Of a stretch of DNA of 64,000 nt, positions 21,072 to 32,127 are shown piece by piece. The stretch's first letter is position 1, and each line of letters opens with the position of its first letter. Source of the DNA: Rebecca billardiae RCC1528 (lineage: Eukaryota; Protista; Haptophyta); contig OZ251238.1 in NCBI GenBank assembly GCA_965240325.2, positions 124,001-188,000 of the forward strand, given 5' to 3'. The position numbers were made by a program, and so were the translations under genes. The notes under the pieces were generated by a model, which worked only from the letters and a program-made list of their open reading frames with translations, was not told where the DNA came from and did no database searches.

Positions 21072-22358
21072 CTAGAGCGCGCTTGGCTTCAACGCCGCCT
21101 TCGGCAGCACTCGTTCTTCTTTGTGCCGCCTGATCCGCTCGTGGTCAGCAGTCCTGTTGATCCAGTTGCGCTCGAAAAGCGCAGCCCTGTTCGCGCTCAT
21201 CGCGGCGGCGATGGCCAGTTCTGCCGGCACTGCGCCCGGATGGGCAGTGGCAGCATGCTCTGCAAGCAGCTGGCGCATATCCTCGCCCCAGAAGCCGAAC
21301 GAGCCATTCGGGCACCGCAGCGGCGATGGTATCTCGCTCGGCGGGTAGGCCCTCGGCTGCTGCGGAAAGAGGCCGCGGATGAGCTTGTTGTTGAGCACGT
21401 GGTACACGCGCGACTGCTGCCGGAAGTGCGCGTCGTCCTTGTACCGCAGGCTGTTGGGCCAGCCGTAGGTCATGGCCTCCGTGATCTGGCCCGCCTCGAA
21501 GATGCCCGCGAACGGCGCGAAATGGCGCAGGGCCTCGCCATCCAGGACGGCCGGGCGGGTCGGGCGCGTCTGCCGCGTGGTGGTCTTCCACACCACGCAC
21601 GGGGCCGCACGCTGCGCTGCTCTCGCAAACTCGGCCCAGCCAAAGCTTTGGGGCACTGGCCACAGGCCCATGTTGAGGATGAGCACGTGCGGGTGGAAGC
21701 GCTTCACCACCTCCACCAGCACCTTCGCGACCCCCATGCTCTGCCGACGCGCCTTGAACTCACGTAGGCGCCCGATCACCTCGCCGCTCCAGTCGGGCGG
21801 CTCGGCGCCGTACTCGCCGCGCATGTGCACGTGCACGGCGTGCGTCGCTCCAAACACGGTGATGAGGCTCACGTTCACGTTGCACGCGGGGAGATGGAAG
21901 TAGCGATTCTCCATGTTGAAGCCGCTGTAGATGGGCCACCCCGGATGGCAGTCGCACCGCTCCTCCGGGGAGAGCTCGTAATGGGTCCCAATCATATGCG
22001 CTTTTCGCGCGTCCGAGATGTTCTGCCATTCCGACCACGACGAGTACACGCACGGCTCGAACGGCTGGCGTCGGAACCACGAATGGTTCTTGCCAAACTT
22101 GAGCCTGTACACGAGGTCGATGTACTGGTACCTCGTCAGAGAGTCCCCGACGAAGAAGATGTTGGTGTCTCGCGGGATGCACGGGCAGTTGCTCCCGACC
22201 TCGTCCGCGTCACAAATGCAGCACGCTTCGCCATCGCCGAGGACATGCGGCGTCGCGCGCAGCGGGGGTAGTAGCCGGATCGGGGCGGCGCCGACCCTCG
22301 CAGCGCGCGCGCAGGCGAGCGCGACTAGAAAGAGGCGACGCGGGAGCCTGTCCAGCAT
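21072..22358 (-). CDS. SGNH/PC-esterase-like (GDS...DxxH) secreted protein
   Basis: IFFVGDSLTRYQY, LNMGLW, VWKTTT, YKDDAHF; signal-like N-terminus from Met 22358 (frame open to 22586); intronless. Confidence 0.65.
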   Translation of the reverse strand: MLDRLPRRLFLVALACARAARVGAAPIRLLPPLRATPHVLGDGEACCICDADEVGSNCPCIPRDTNIFFVGDSLTRYQYIDLVYRLKFGKNHSWFRRQPFEPCVYSSWSEWQNISDARKAHMIGTHYELSPEERCDCHPGWPIYSGFNMENRYFHLPACNVNVSLITVFGATHAVHVHMRGEYGAEPPDWSGEVIGRLREFKARRQSMGVAKVLVEVVKRFHPHVLILNMGLWPVPQSFGWAEFARAAQRAAPCVVWKTTTRQTRPTRPAVLDGEALRHFAPFAGIFEAGQITEAMTYGWPNSLRYKDDAHFRQQSRVYHVLNNKLIRGLFPQQPRAYPPSEIPSPLRCPNGSFGFWGEDMRQLLAEHAATAHPGAVPAELAIAAAMSANRAALFERNWINRTADHERIRRHKEERVLPKAALKPSAL

Positions 22359-22747
22359 GAAGGCCCGGTGGAGCAAACAGGAGATGGCCGTAGAACTGGC
22401 TTGTACTCTCCGCCATCCTTCATCGCACGCTCTCCGAATTATTATTGTTTTAACGTGCGTAAGGCTCACGGTGGGCGGTGGCAGGTTGCCGCGCCATCCT
22501 TCATCGCACGCTCTCCGAAGAGAGACCTGGAACAAGGGCCGTCCTGGAAACTGGTTTTGAACCACTAAGACAGGCAGGCCGTACATTTACTAAGAATAAG
22601 AGACGCACACAGCTCAGGCAGGCGAGATCAAACGAGGCGAGGGTGACAGTGGTAGGCGAGCGCGCCAACGAAGCCCCCTTGCCTCGGCAGGTGGTTGTGG
22701 GCAGTGTGTTCGGGTTGGTGCATCCCTTGCTCGCACCGTCTCCTAGC

Positions 22748-24464
22748 TAGGGGGGCCAAACCGCCCATTTAAAAATGAAAAGCAAAGTCGCGTCGCATTT
22801 TCGCTCCGCCCTCGGCCTTTTAGGGTGGCGCGGAGCCTTTTTCTCGGACCTCGCTCGAAAATCGAGCTCCGACGCCTTCGGGCGCTCAGAGCTCGGTTCC
22901 GCTCCAGCACGAGCGGCCGGAGGCAGTGGACCGCCGCGCGCTCGCGACCTTTGAGACGCCGAGATGGTCTCGGGTGCGCGCGCGCGTGACGCTGGTGGGC
23001 GCTACTGACCCGTGCCTTTGCGCCACCAGCGGCTCACCACCCGCTTCTTGGCCACCTCGCGCCGTGCGCGGCGCGCGTCGGCCGGCTTGAATTGGTGCGC
23101 TGCGTACGCCCGCTACGCTACCGCACGGTGTGGCGCATGATCAACTCGGACCAATGAGATCGATGCTCGGACCAATCGTCCATGTATGTCTGTGAATGCC
23201 CAGCTCGCCTAACCTGCCCTACTGCGCCGGAATCGCCGTCAGCAGACCGGCGCGAGCTCGCGCACAGCACCTCCGCGGAGCTCGCAAGTGTCATGTTCCG
23301 CTTGTAGGGCCCGTGTTTGCACCTGCCGTGGCACTTGCGATGGTCAGTACGTTGGGTATGGGTCACGTGTGCCCTCTGATGGCGTCTGGGCGCCTCCCAT
23401 TCGCCTCTCAGGACGTCGCGGACGTGCTCGCAGGCAGCGGTTGGCTCATTCGACAGGTCCGACGTGCACTCGACCGTGCCTGCAAGCGCGCCCCTGTGAC
23501 GCTCATGCCTGCAGAAGCAGATGCAGATGGGCCCTCATGCACCCTGGTGCGCCCAAGACCGGCGGGAGCGTCAGAGACCGTCTCAATCTTGACACCTTGC
23601 ACACGCCGGCGCTTGCCGTTGGGCTCCGCGCAGCCAGCCAGGAGCGCCGAACAACGCCGGATCAGCCTCTGTAGGCCGAATATCCGCCCCTAAGCCCAGA
23701 AATAGCGCGGAACAGGGTAGTGCGTACCTATGTGGACCAATCCCATCCAGCCTGGTTTGGTGCAGACACGCCAGCCACCGCCTGGAGCAGACGTTTGCTG
23801 CCGAATCGCATGCTCGGCACTGTGCCGCACTGCGACGACGACAGATTTGACCTGCCTCGTAGGTCTCGGCCAGGGAGCGGTGACGGTTGGCTCGAGTGAC
23901 TTTAAACCGTGACTATGACCGAGAGCACTCCCGGGCTGAGGACGTGGGGCCGGTGCTTTGGGTCTAATATGTCTGCAATACGCCGTACGCGTGGCCGTAT
24001 ACACAGTCTGAAAACGTATCTCGCAGCTCGAGATCAGATGAGGCTGTATTCATCAGCATGGCGCCTATATACACAGTGGGTATGTAACGATCGGTGGCTT
24101 CTAGGAAACTACATATTTGACAGCCTGCCAGTACACAGCCTATATCGCATGTTGGGACCTGCTGCTGCTGGGGACTCAGAACGATCTCGCTGAGATGCTC
24201 TAACAAAGTGAGGTCGACATGGTCTATATGTCACATATAGGACGACCGTTACATGCCGTTTCCAATAAGTTCAGGCTCATTCTAATAAGTAAATATGCTA
24301 GCCGTTACGCCCTATATTCAGGGTATGTGCACCTGATTTTTTTACATGGCCGGCCCAGACCCCTCCAGAGGGCAAATGATCCAGCCCGAAATCAGCTCTA
24401 AACACTCGCTAGGACCCGCGCTCGTGGCCGTCAGTAACGCTACAGTGCCACTTTGGCCCCCCTA
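22748..24464. mobile_element. Non-autonomous hAT-like DNA transposon (1717 bp)
   Basis: Perfect 13-bp TIR TAGGGGGGCCAAA/TTTGGCCCCCCTA; direct repeat TCCTAGC at 22741-22747 and 24465-24471; lower GC, no intact ORF. Confidence 0.85.
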
Positions 24465-25190
24465 TCCTAGCTGGCCCCTTGAGCCCTTCCCCGCCAACGG
24501 CCTCCGAGCAAGTTTCCCAGGCAAGTCGGGGCGTGCTTGAGTTGATGTCTATGATCTTTCGCGCCTGACAAGATGCGAGCGTCGGCTCGACCACCACTGG
24601 AGTTGAATAAGTTGATCTGTTGAACACGCAGAGTGACTGTGGCATGGAGTTGCGGACGCGTCGGTAGCTCTGCGCCTTGTCAGCAGCTTTTATTAAGCAA
24701 TGGCTCGCGCTGCACTTACCGATCGTGCTTACCATTGCGTAGGATGCGTGCGTACGTAGGCAGAGGTGCCGTGTAGGCACGGTCAGTTCTCGCACTCGGC
24801 ACTGGCAGAGTCTGCTCTGGCCGACTAGTACGTCGTGCACTCACTCCGACGCAGCGGGCCACACTCTGACACACTGGACGGCCTGCGCCTTGCATGCTGC
24901 GTCACAGTGAGCCTGGTCGGTCGGTCGTCGTCTGTGCAATCACTGTGTGCATCGCACCGAATCACAGTCACTGTCACGCAGTGCAACACTGAGAGGCCAC
25001 TCACTCGCCTGTCGTGTTGCAGCGTCACGGAGTCGGACATCCGACACGTCGTGGGTTGCAAATCTGACATCTCCTTTACCCGACGGAGCGAATCCGTATT
25101 GGAGTATGCCGCACGGCGGCAGGCCGCACGAGGGCGCGTCCGCCCGTGATGCGACCTGGTACCGAAAGACACAGCGCCTGGCGGTGGGGG

Positions 25191-26852
25191 ATGGCGATGC
25201 GGCTGCTGCTGCCGCTGCTCGCCGCGCCGGCCCTCGCGCTCGTCGGCGCGGACGACGCGCCGCCGCCGCGGCGGACGGTGGGCGAGGCGTGCGGCCTCCT
25301 CGACGGCCCGCTGGCCTCCTCGGCGGCGCTGGCCCCGCTGCTGCGCGCGCCCGCCCCCTTCCAGCCCGCCGACGCGCTCGCCTACTCGGGGCGCTTCTCG
25401 CACGCGCAGGCGCTCGGCGGCTTGAACGGCAGCGCGGCGGTCGCGCGCGTGCGCGAAGGGCTCGCGCAGGTGGGGGCGAGCGGCGTCACGACGCGCGACG
25501 GCATGCGCGCGATGCACGCGCTGTACGAGCGCGCCTTTTGCGACGCGGTGCGCGGTGACGCCGCGCGCGCCGCGGAGCTCGCGCGCGCCGTGTCGCTCGG
25601 CCTCGGCTGGGGCCCGGTCGGGCTCGACCTGCGCGGCCTCCTGGCGCGGCACGCGCCGAACGCGTCGGCCGCGGCCGCGCTGCTCCGCACGCCGCTGATG
25701 CGCGCCGTGCGCGACGCGTTCTACCCGCCGGCCGCGCCCGGCGCGCCGCTGCCCGCCGACGCGGCCGCGCGCGCGGGCGCGGGCGGCGCCGTCCTCGAGT
25801 ACTGCCGCGCGCTGCGCTTCGAGCCGGCGCCGGGGCGCGTGATCGACGCGGTGTGGGCGGCGGACGTGCGCGCGCAGTTCGCCTCCGCGGCGGAGGCTGA
25901 CGCCGCGCTGCTGCGCGCCGGCGCCGAGCACCTGCCGCGCGCGCGCGCGCTGCACTCGCTGCTGCGCGCGCACGGCGCCGCGCCCGTGCAGCGCTGGCCG
26001 CGGCTGGACGTGGCCGCGCTCGCCGCCGTGGCGACGCCGCTGCTCGACGCGTCGGCCGAGCGCGCGCGGCGCGCGGCGCGCACGGGCGACGCGCGCGCCG
26101 CCAAGCAGGCCCGGCGCGAGCTCCTCTTCCAGCGCCACCTGCCGCCGGAGCTCGGCGCGCTGCTCGCGCCGCTGCTCGACGAGCCGGCGCTCGGCGCCGC
26201 GGTGGGCGCGTACCTCGACCCGGCCGGCGCGGCGGACGCGGCGGCGGCCGGCGCGGCGCCGCGCGTGTGCGCGCGCGGCGTGCAGCTGCGCCGGCTGGAC
26301 GAGCACGCCAGCCTCGACACCTTCGTCTCGGCGCACTGGCACCACGACCGCGCGGGCCGCCGGCTGCGCCTCTTCGTCTTCCTGCACGACGTGCAGCCCG
26401 AGGGCGGGCGGCCGACCAAGGTGGCGCGCGGCTCGCACCGCACCCACTGGTTCAGCTACGCGCAGCACGCGGACGCGCGGTTTGACGAGGCCTGGGTCGA
26501 GCGGCACTTCGAGGTGGTCTCCCTCGGCGGCCCCGCGGGCGGCGGCTTCCTGCTCGACACCAACGCGCTGCACAAGGCGGAGCTGAGCGGCACGGTGCCC
26601 CGGGACACGCTGATCGTCGAGCTGGACGTGCCCGGCCGGTGCGAGCGGCTGCGGGAGGTGTACACGCCGCCGTGCACGCGCCCGGCGACGGGGAACGCGA
26701 TGCCCGCGCCCGCGGGCGCGCTGCTCACACGCCGCGCGCAGTGCGCCGCCTACCTCGCGCCCGCCGAGCAAGGCCAGGGCGCAGCGTCCGCCGCGCGCGC
26801 GGCTGCTGTCAAGCAGCGACGCGGCCAGCAGCGGCGCCAGCGGCAGCGCTGA
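25191..26852 (+). CDS. Secreted PhyH-type Fe(II)/2-oxoglutarate dioxygenase domain protein
   Basis: Signal peptide; WHHD (HxD), LRLFVFLHDVQPEGGRPTKVARGSH, DTNALHKA (distal His). Confidence 0.78.
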   Translation: MAMRLLLPLLAAPALALVGADDAPPPRRTVGEACGLLDGPLASSAALAPLLRAPAPFQPADALAYSGRFSHAQALGGLNGSAAVARVREGLAQVGASGVTTRDGMRAMHALYERAFCDAVRGDAARAAELARAVSLGLGWGPVGLDLRGLLARHAPNASAAAALLRTPLMRAVRDAFYPPAAPGAPLPADAAARAGAGGAVLEYCRALRFEPAPGRVIDAVWAADVRAQFASAAEADAALLRAGAEHLPRARALHSLLRAHGAAPVQRWPRLDVAALAAVATPLLDASAERARRAARTGDARAAKQARRELLFQRHLPPELGALLAPLLDEPALGAAVGAYLDPAGAADAAAAGAAPRVCARGVQLRRLDEHASLDTFVSAHWHHDRAGRRLRLFVFLHDVQPEGGRPTKVARGSHRTHWFSYAQHADARFDEAWVERHFEVVSLGGPAGGGFLLDTNALHKAELSGTVPRDTLIVELDVPGRCERLREVYTPPCTRPATGNAMPAPAGALLTRRAQCAAYLAPAEQGQGAASAARAAAVKQRRGQQRRQRQR

Positions 26853-27272
26853 GCGCCTGAGCGGCGGACGTCGTGAGACGCGTGAGGAGTCGCACGCTGC
26901 GCGGCACGCCGACGACCCTCCGAGGTTCGCGCCGTGCCTCGTCGCAGTCGTCTGGACGACGTGGATGCCATGCAGACGATCCACTACTGTAGTACCGTCA
27001 GTGATGTACGTATCATTGTCTCCTAAGAACTGTAACGACATTCGCGTCTGACTGTCACTGAGCAGACTATCAAATTCAATCAAGTGACTTCGGAGCAAGC
27101 GCTGCACCAGCGTGAAACCAAAGCCCGCAAATCCGCAATAATCATCAGGCCCTGAACTTTTAATCAGCTTGGGCCCCCGGAACCACCAAGGGTGGTGAAC
27201 CACTGCGGGGTCCAAGCTCGGTCGGCGATCGCAGTGGACGTTCGGTCGTCACCCGCCCTCCAGCCCGCCGTC

Positions 27273-28521
27273 ATGTCGCACGACGCGAAGAACATCTTCG
27301 TCCTCGGGTGCGCGCACGACCGCGTCGGCGCCCGTGCGCGTCGATCTTGGACCCCTTGTGCGCGCCCCGCTCCCTTCACCCTCCGCCTTCGCCGCGCCGT
27401 CCGTGCGCGCGCAGGAGCACGGGCAACATTGGCGCGGCGACCGTGAAGGCGCTCTCCGAGCTGCACGGCGGCAAGCTGCCCGTCACCGCGGGCGCGCGCA
27501 ACGCGGAGAAGGCGAAGGCGGCGTTCGGCCACCTCCCCGGCGTGCGCGTCGTCCAGGCCGACTTCGCTGACGCGGCGGGCCTCGTCTCCGCCTTCAGGGG
27601 CGTCGACTCGCTGTACCTGGTCACGCCCGGCGCGGAGGATCGCGGGCCCCTCACCGTGGGCGCGATCGACGCGGCGAAGAAGGCGCAGGTGCAGCACGTC
27701 ACCATCGTATCGCTCCTCACGACCGGAACCGATACCATCTTTGGCAAGCAGGTGCGCCCTCGCCCCCGCGCGTGCCGCCACACCGCTGCAGCCCAACCCG
27801 CCCGCCCCTCGCCCTCGGCATGGGCGGCGTGCGCGCACGCGGCGCAGGTCACGCCGATCGAGAGCGCGCTCGTCAACTCCGGGCTGAGCTACACGGCGCT
27901 CCGCCTCCCGCTCTTCCTCGAGAACAACTTTGCGCACCAGGTGGGGGCTCGGGTCCAGCGCTGCGCTGCGCTGCCCTGCGACGCCCTGCGACGCCCTGCG
28001 CGCAGCGCGCCGTGCGGCGGCGCGCGCGCCGACGCGCGCGGCGCCACACGTGCGCCGCGCGCGCGCGCCGCGCCGTTCTGCAGGAGGCGATCAAGGGCCA
28101 GAAGACGATCTACTGTCCGATGGACGCGCTCAAGTTTGGCGTCGGCGTCGCGGTCGGCGACGCGGCCAAGGCGGCCGCGGTCGTGCTGAGCAAGCCGCGC
28201 GAGCACGCGGGCCGCGTGTACAAGCTCTTCTCCGCGCGCTTCACGCAGCAGCAGCTGGCGGACGCGTTCGGCGCGGCGCTGGGCGAGGAGGTCAAGTACG
28301 TGCAGGTGCCGTACGACGCGGCGCGCGAGTCATTCCTCGGGATGGGCTTCCCCGCGTGGCAGACCGACGGCATCCTCGAGCTGTACAAGATGATCGACGC
28401 CGACTCGCCGCTCACCAACCCCGGCGACAGCGAGAACGACTACGCCAACATCACCGGCGAGCAGCCCACCTCGCTGCAGGCGTGGGTGGACGGCGTGAAG
28501 GGCGCGTTCAAGGCGCCGTGA
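27273..28521 (+). CDS. NmrA-like / atypical SDR NAD(P)-binding oxidoreductase
   Basis: Spliced IFVLGSTGNIG Rossmann motif; SGLSYTALRLPLFLEN; introns 27308-27414, 27752-27847, 27941-28083. Confidence 0.88.
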
Positions 28522-28898
28522 TGAGGCAGGCGAGCAGCCCCTCAGTCGTCGCCCCTGGGCAATGGCGCTCGCGTGGTGGGCTCGCAGAGTCGCGGCCCTC
28601 GCAACAACCACTACGCACCACTCATCATCCGAGCACCGCCAGCCGCGGCGGCTGCGAGCGCAGTAATATATGAGGACGATGATACGCCGGCCTCATCGTG
28701 GCTTGTCGCCTTGTCGGCGTCGCCGGCGGGCGGCACGCGGCGCGTACTAGCTATACCTGACGATATGACACTGCTTATGGAGTCGCGCCGCGACTTCCGT
28801 CGACTACCACGAGTGCATCATATATATATATATATACTGCATCCGATCAGGCGTCACTGGGGCCGACGGGCCCCGGACGGCAGCCGCGGCCCGGAGCG

Positions 28899-29625
28899 TC
28901 AGCGCCACAGCGGCTTGAACATCGCCGCGATGGCCTTTTCGTCGAGGTCATCATCATCGTTTGCCTACCAACCCAGCCCGGGTTGCGCAGGCACACGGCC
29001 GTGGGCACGAGGTGCGGTGTGGGGGTTGTCACGTGAGCCGTGCGCCCGTCCGCACTGCCCGACTAGGGCACATGTGCCCGTGGTGCCGCGCACGCCTTTC
29101 CGCGCCCGGCCGCTTGGCGCGGCGCGTTGGCATGCACGGCGTGCGCACCTGCACAGACTTGGCGACGCCAGGAAGCTCGTCCTTGAACGACTCCCTCGTG
29201 GAGCTGTAGAGCGTCTTCGCCGAGGTGTGCGCGCGCGGAGGGTTCCACGACACAAAGACGATCCTCCGCTGCCCGCGCAGCGCGGGCACGGGGTAGTCCA
29301 TCACGCCGTACCGTGGCTCCCCGGAGGACTTGAGCTTGTGCACGAAGGCGTTGAAGTCGAAGGTGCGCTCCCTGCTGCGCGATGCATCCACGACCACCTT
29401 GTGCCCGACAATCTTAAAGGTGATGTAGTCGAGCCTGTGCCCCAGCTGCATGCTCTTGTACGCGGCGAGCGCCTCGTCTGAGGCCCTGAAGCCGGACGTG
29501 ATGATGCGCGCGGGAGAGCGGCCAGTCGGCACGCGCGTCACTATAATGCCGACAACGGCTGCGAGCCCCAGCATGACGGCCAGCGTGCCGACCACCTGTC
29601 GCTTGTTCACGCTCGCCATCGCCAT
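28899..29625 (-). CDS. ADF/cofilin-domain protein with N-terminal transmembrane segment
   Basis: SGFRASDE, YITFKI, EPRYGVMDY, IVFVSWNP..AKTLYSSTRESFKDEL.GV..VQ|ANDDDDL; intron 28965-29148. Confidence 0.85.
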
Positions 29626-29849
29626 CACCGTTCGTTAAAAAGCGGTGGTTACAGTTTACTAACTCGCGATAAGAGACGCACAGTCGCACAGCTCAGGCAG
29701 GCGAGACCCGCTAACTTGAAACTGTTCATCATCACCGCCCATGAACGCCGATGGTGGCGACGGCGCCGGCCAGGCGGGCCGAGCCCACAGGCAAGGCCAC
29801 CCAAGGGTGAGCGCCACTCACGCTCGGGGCGGTGGCGCGGCGCAGCTGC

Positions 29850-32127
29850 CTACTTGCGCGGGTCGAGGATGGCGATGTCCTTCTCGTCGAAGAGCCGCGG
29901 CACGACGTACAGCCGCACCGGCACGAGCGCAGCGATGAGGAACGGCATCGCGCCGCCCGCGCCCACATAGCGCAGCACGACGATCACCACGAAGCACGCC
30001 ACCTGCAGCAGCGTGAACTTGTTGATGGTCTGCACCTCGAGCTGCTCCACCCACTCCTCGTCGGGCCACCGGTCCATCTCCCACGTGGCGAAGAGGAACA
30101 TGCGCGTGAACATGTTGTTGCCGCGGATCGACGACATGCCGAGGTAGAGGAAGATGCCGATGATGAGGTACTGCGGCACGAGCTTGAGCAGCGGCGTGAG
30201 CGCGAGCGAGACGAACATGAAGAGGTGCACGATCAGGTGCGTCACGCGCTGCTCGACGATTCCGACGACGCGCGTCTCGCGGTTTCCCTCCTCGTCCGTG
30301 ACGGTCTCGTAGATCGTGAGCGCGAACACGTGCGCGAGCGAGCGCACGGTCGCCGCGTGCGTGAAGGGCAGGCCGATGAGCGAGAGCAGCGGGTACATGC
30401 CCGCGCCGCAGACGAACAGATCGAGGTGGTAGCCTGCGGGGCAAGAGGCGCGAGATCGGGTCAGGCGCGCTTCGGTTGAGACGAGTCGTGTGCGCGCGCA
30501 TTCTGCCATCGGGCGTCACTGCAGCGCTCCAAGTCGGTGACTCCGGGCGCCTGGCAGTTGCAGCACAGGCCGTCCGGCGTCCGCTCACGCAGCGCCGCCA
30601 GCAGCGCATATTGGCGGGGCACACACCGGGCGACTTCTTGAAGAGGCGCTCGCGCTTGTTCACGATCACCTCCGTCAGGTTCTGGTCGAGGTAGCCGAGA
30701 ATCGTCAGGCCGGCGGCGAACGGGATGGTGAGGAACACGCCCCAGAACTGTAGGACGGCGCGAGGGCGCGAGCGAGCGCCAGCGGTGCCCGGCGGGGTGG
30801 GGGCGTGTGGGCAGGGGGCTCAGATCTATCCTCGCGTCAGCGTGCTGTGCTGCTGGTGCATGGGAGGCGGGGCGTGCACAGCAAGGAACGCTTGCCCACG
30901 ACCGCGCACGCCCGGGCGGGCGACACGCGCCAGAGGGCCACGCACCGGGAACGGCTTCTCAATGCCGGACGGGTCGACCATCCACGCGCGGGGCGCGCCG
31001 TTGCTGAGCGTGAGCGTCGGGCGGACTGACTCCGGCACCCGGAGGAACTGCAGGTCCTGGATGCCCATCGCGGGCACGACGAGGTTGGTGATCAGCGTGC
31101 CGAAGAAGATCACGATCACGACGCCGTAGTTCGAGATGTGCTTGCGCCACGTCTTGTTGAACCAGTCGGACGCGCGCAGGTCGCGGAACTTGACGCACGC
31201 CATGTACGTGCACGCGGTCAGGATGGCCGAGAAGAGCTGCGTGCCGATCGTGCGGTCCGAGAGGAAGATGCGCACGATGGCAGTGAGCGCGGCGGCGATC
31301 TCGAGCACCGAGACGATCGACGAGAAGATCTCCTCCGTGAACTGCGTCACGTACTTCATCAGCGCGCACCAGTCGAGCACGGCGCACAGCACGGTCATCA
31401 GCGCGGTGAACATGCCCTGCCACCAACGCGCGGGGAGGAACTCGATGTCGAGCTGCTGGCAGATCTGGTAGAAGACGATGGTGTACGCGAGCTCGGGGCC
31501 GGTCGCGCCCATGATCGTGAGCGGCTGCCCCGAGAAGAGCGCGTAGATTACGCCGCAGATCGCCGTGGAGAGCACCGTCTCGATGATGCCGATCTGACCC
31601 TGCGTCGCGATGTCAAAGAGCGCGCCGAACGCGAGCGCGGGCGCGTAGCACGCGAAGAAGAGAAAAATGGTCGCCGGAGCGACCATCGCGAAGCTCTCCT
31701 TGGTGAACGCGTCCGTCCAGTCCGAGAGGTACGTCTTCGGGTTGAGCCGCCGCTTGATGTCGATCATGAGGCCGCCGAACGCCCACTTGCCCGACCACTC
31801 GAGCGGGCCGGGCATGCCGTCGCCCTCCCACGGGTCGACGATGGTGTGCTTCTTGCGCTGCGACTCGAGGTCCGCAGCGGTCTTGGCCGGTGGCGTTGGT
31901 GCCACGGGCGTCATCTGCGGCGTCTTCTTCTCACCCGAGTTGCGGCGCGAGCGCGACACCGGCGTCTTGCCGCGCGAGCCCGCACGAGAGCGCTCGCGCG
32001 AGCGGCCGTACGCGGGCGAGGCCTCGGGCGGCGGGAGGTGATCGCCGACGGGGATGCCCATGTTACGGCGGTGGTCGTCAATCTGGTCGTTGTAAGGCAT
32101 GTCCCCGCTCGCGTTGAAGGTGGACAT
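29850..32127 (-). CDS. SLC4-family anion (bicarbonate) transporter, membrane domain
   Basis: YLSDWTDA, FSGQPLTIMGATGP, TQFTEEIF, LDQNLT, GYHLDL, AATVRSLAH (AE-like rather than BOR1-like), EQRVT, GIFLYLG; introns 30748-30945 and 30434-30626. Confidence 0.93.

Noticed and set aside
12369-26852. Possible polysaccharide-modification cluster (sulfotransferase, FG-GAP, esterase, PhyH)
   Set aside because: These secreted families are abundant in such algal genomes; adjacency alone is not evidence of a cluster.
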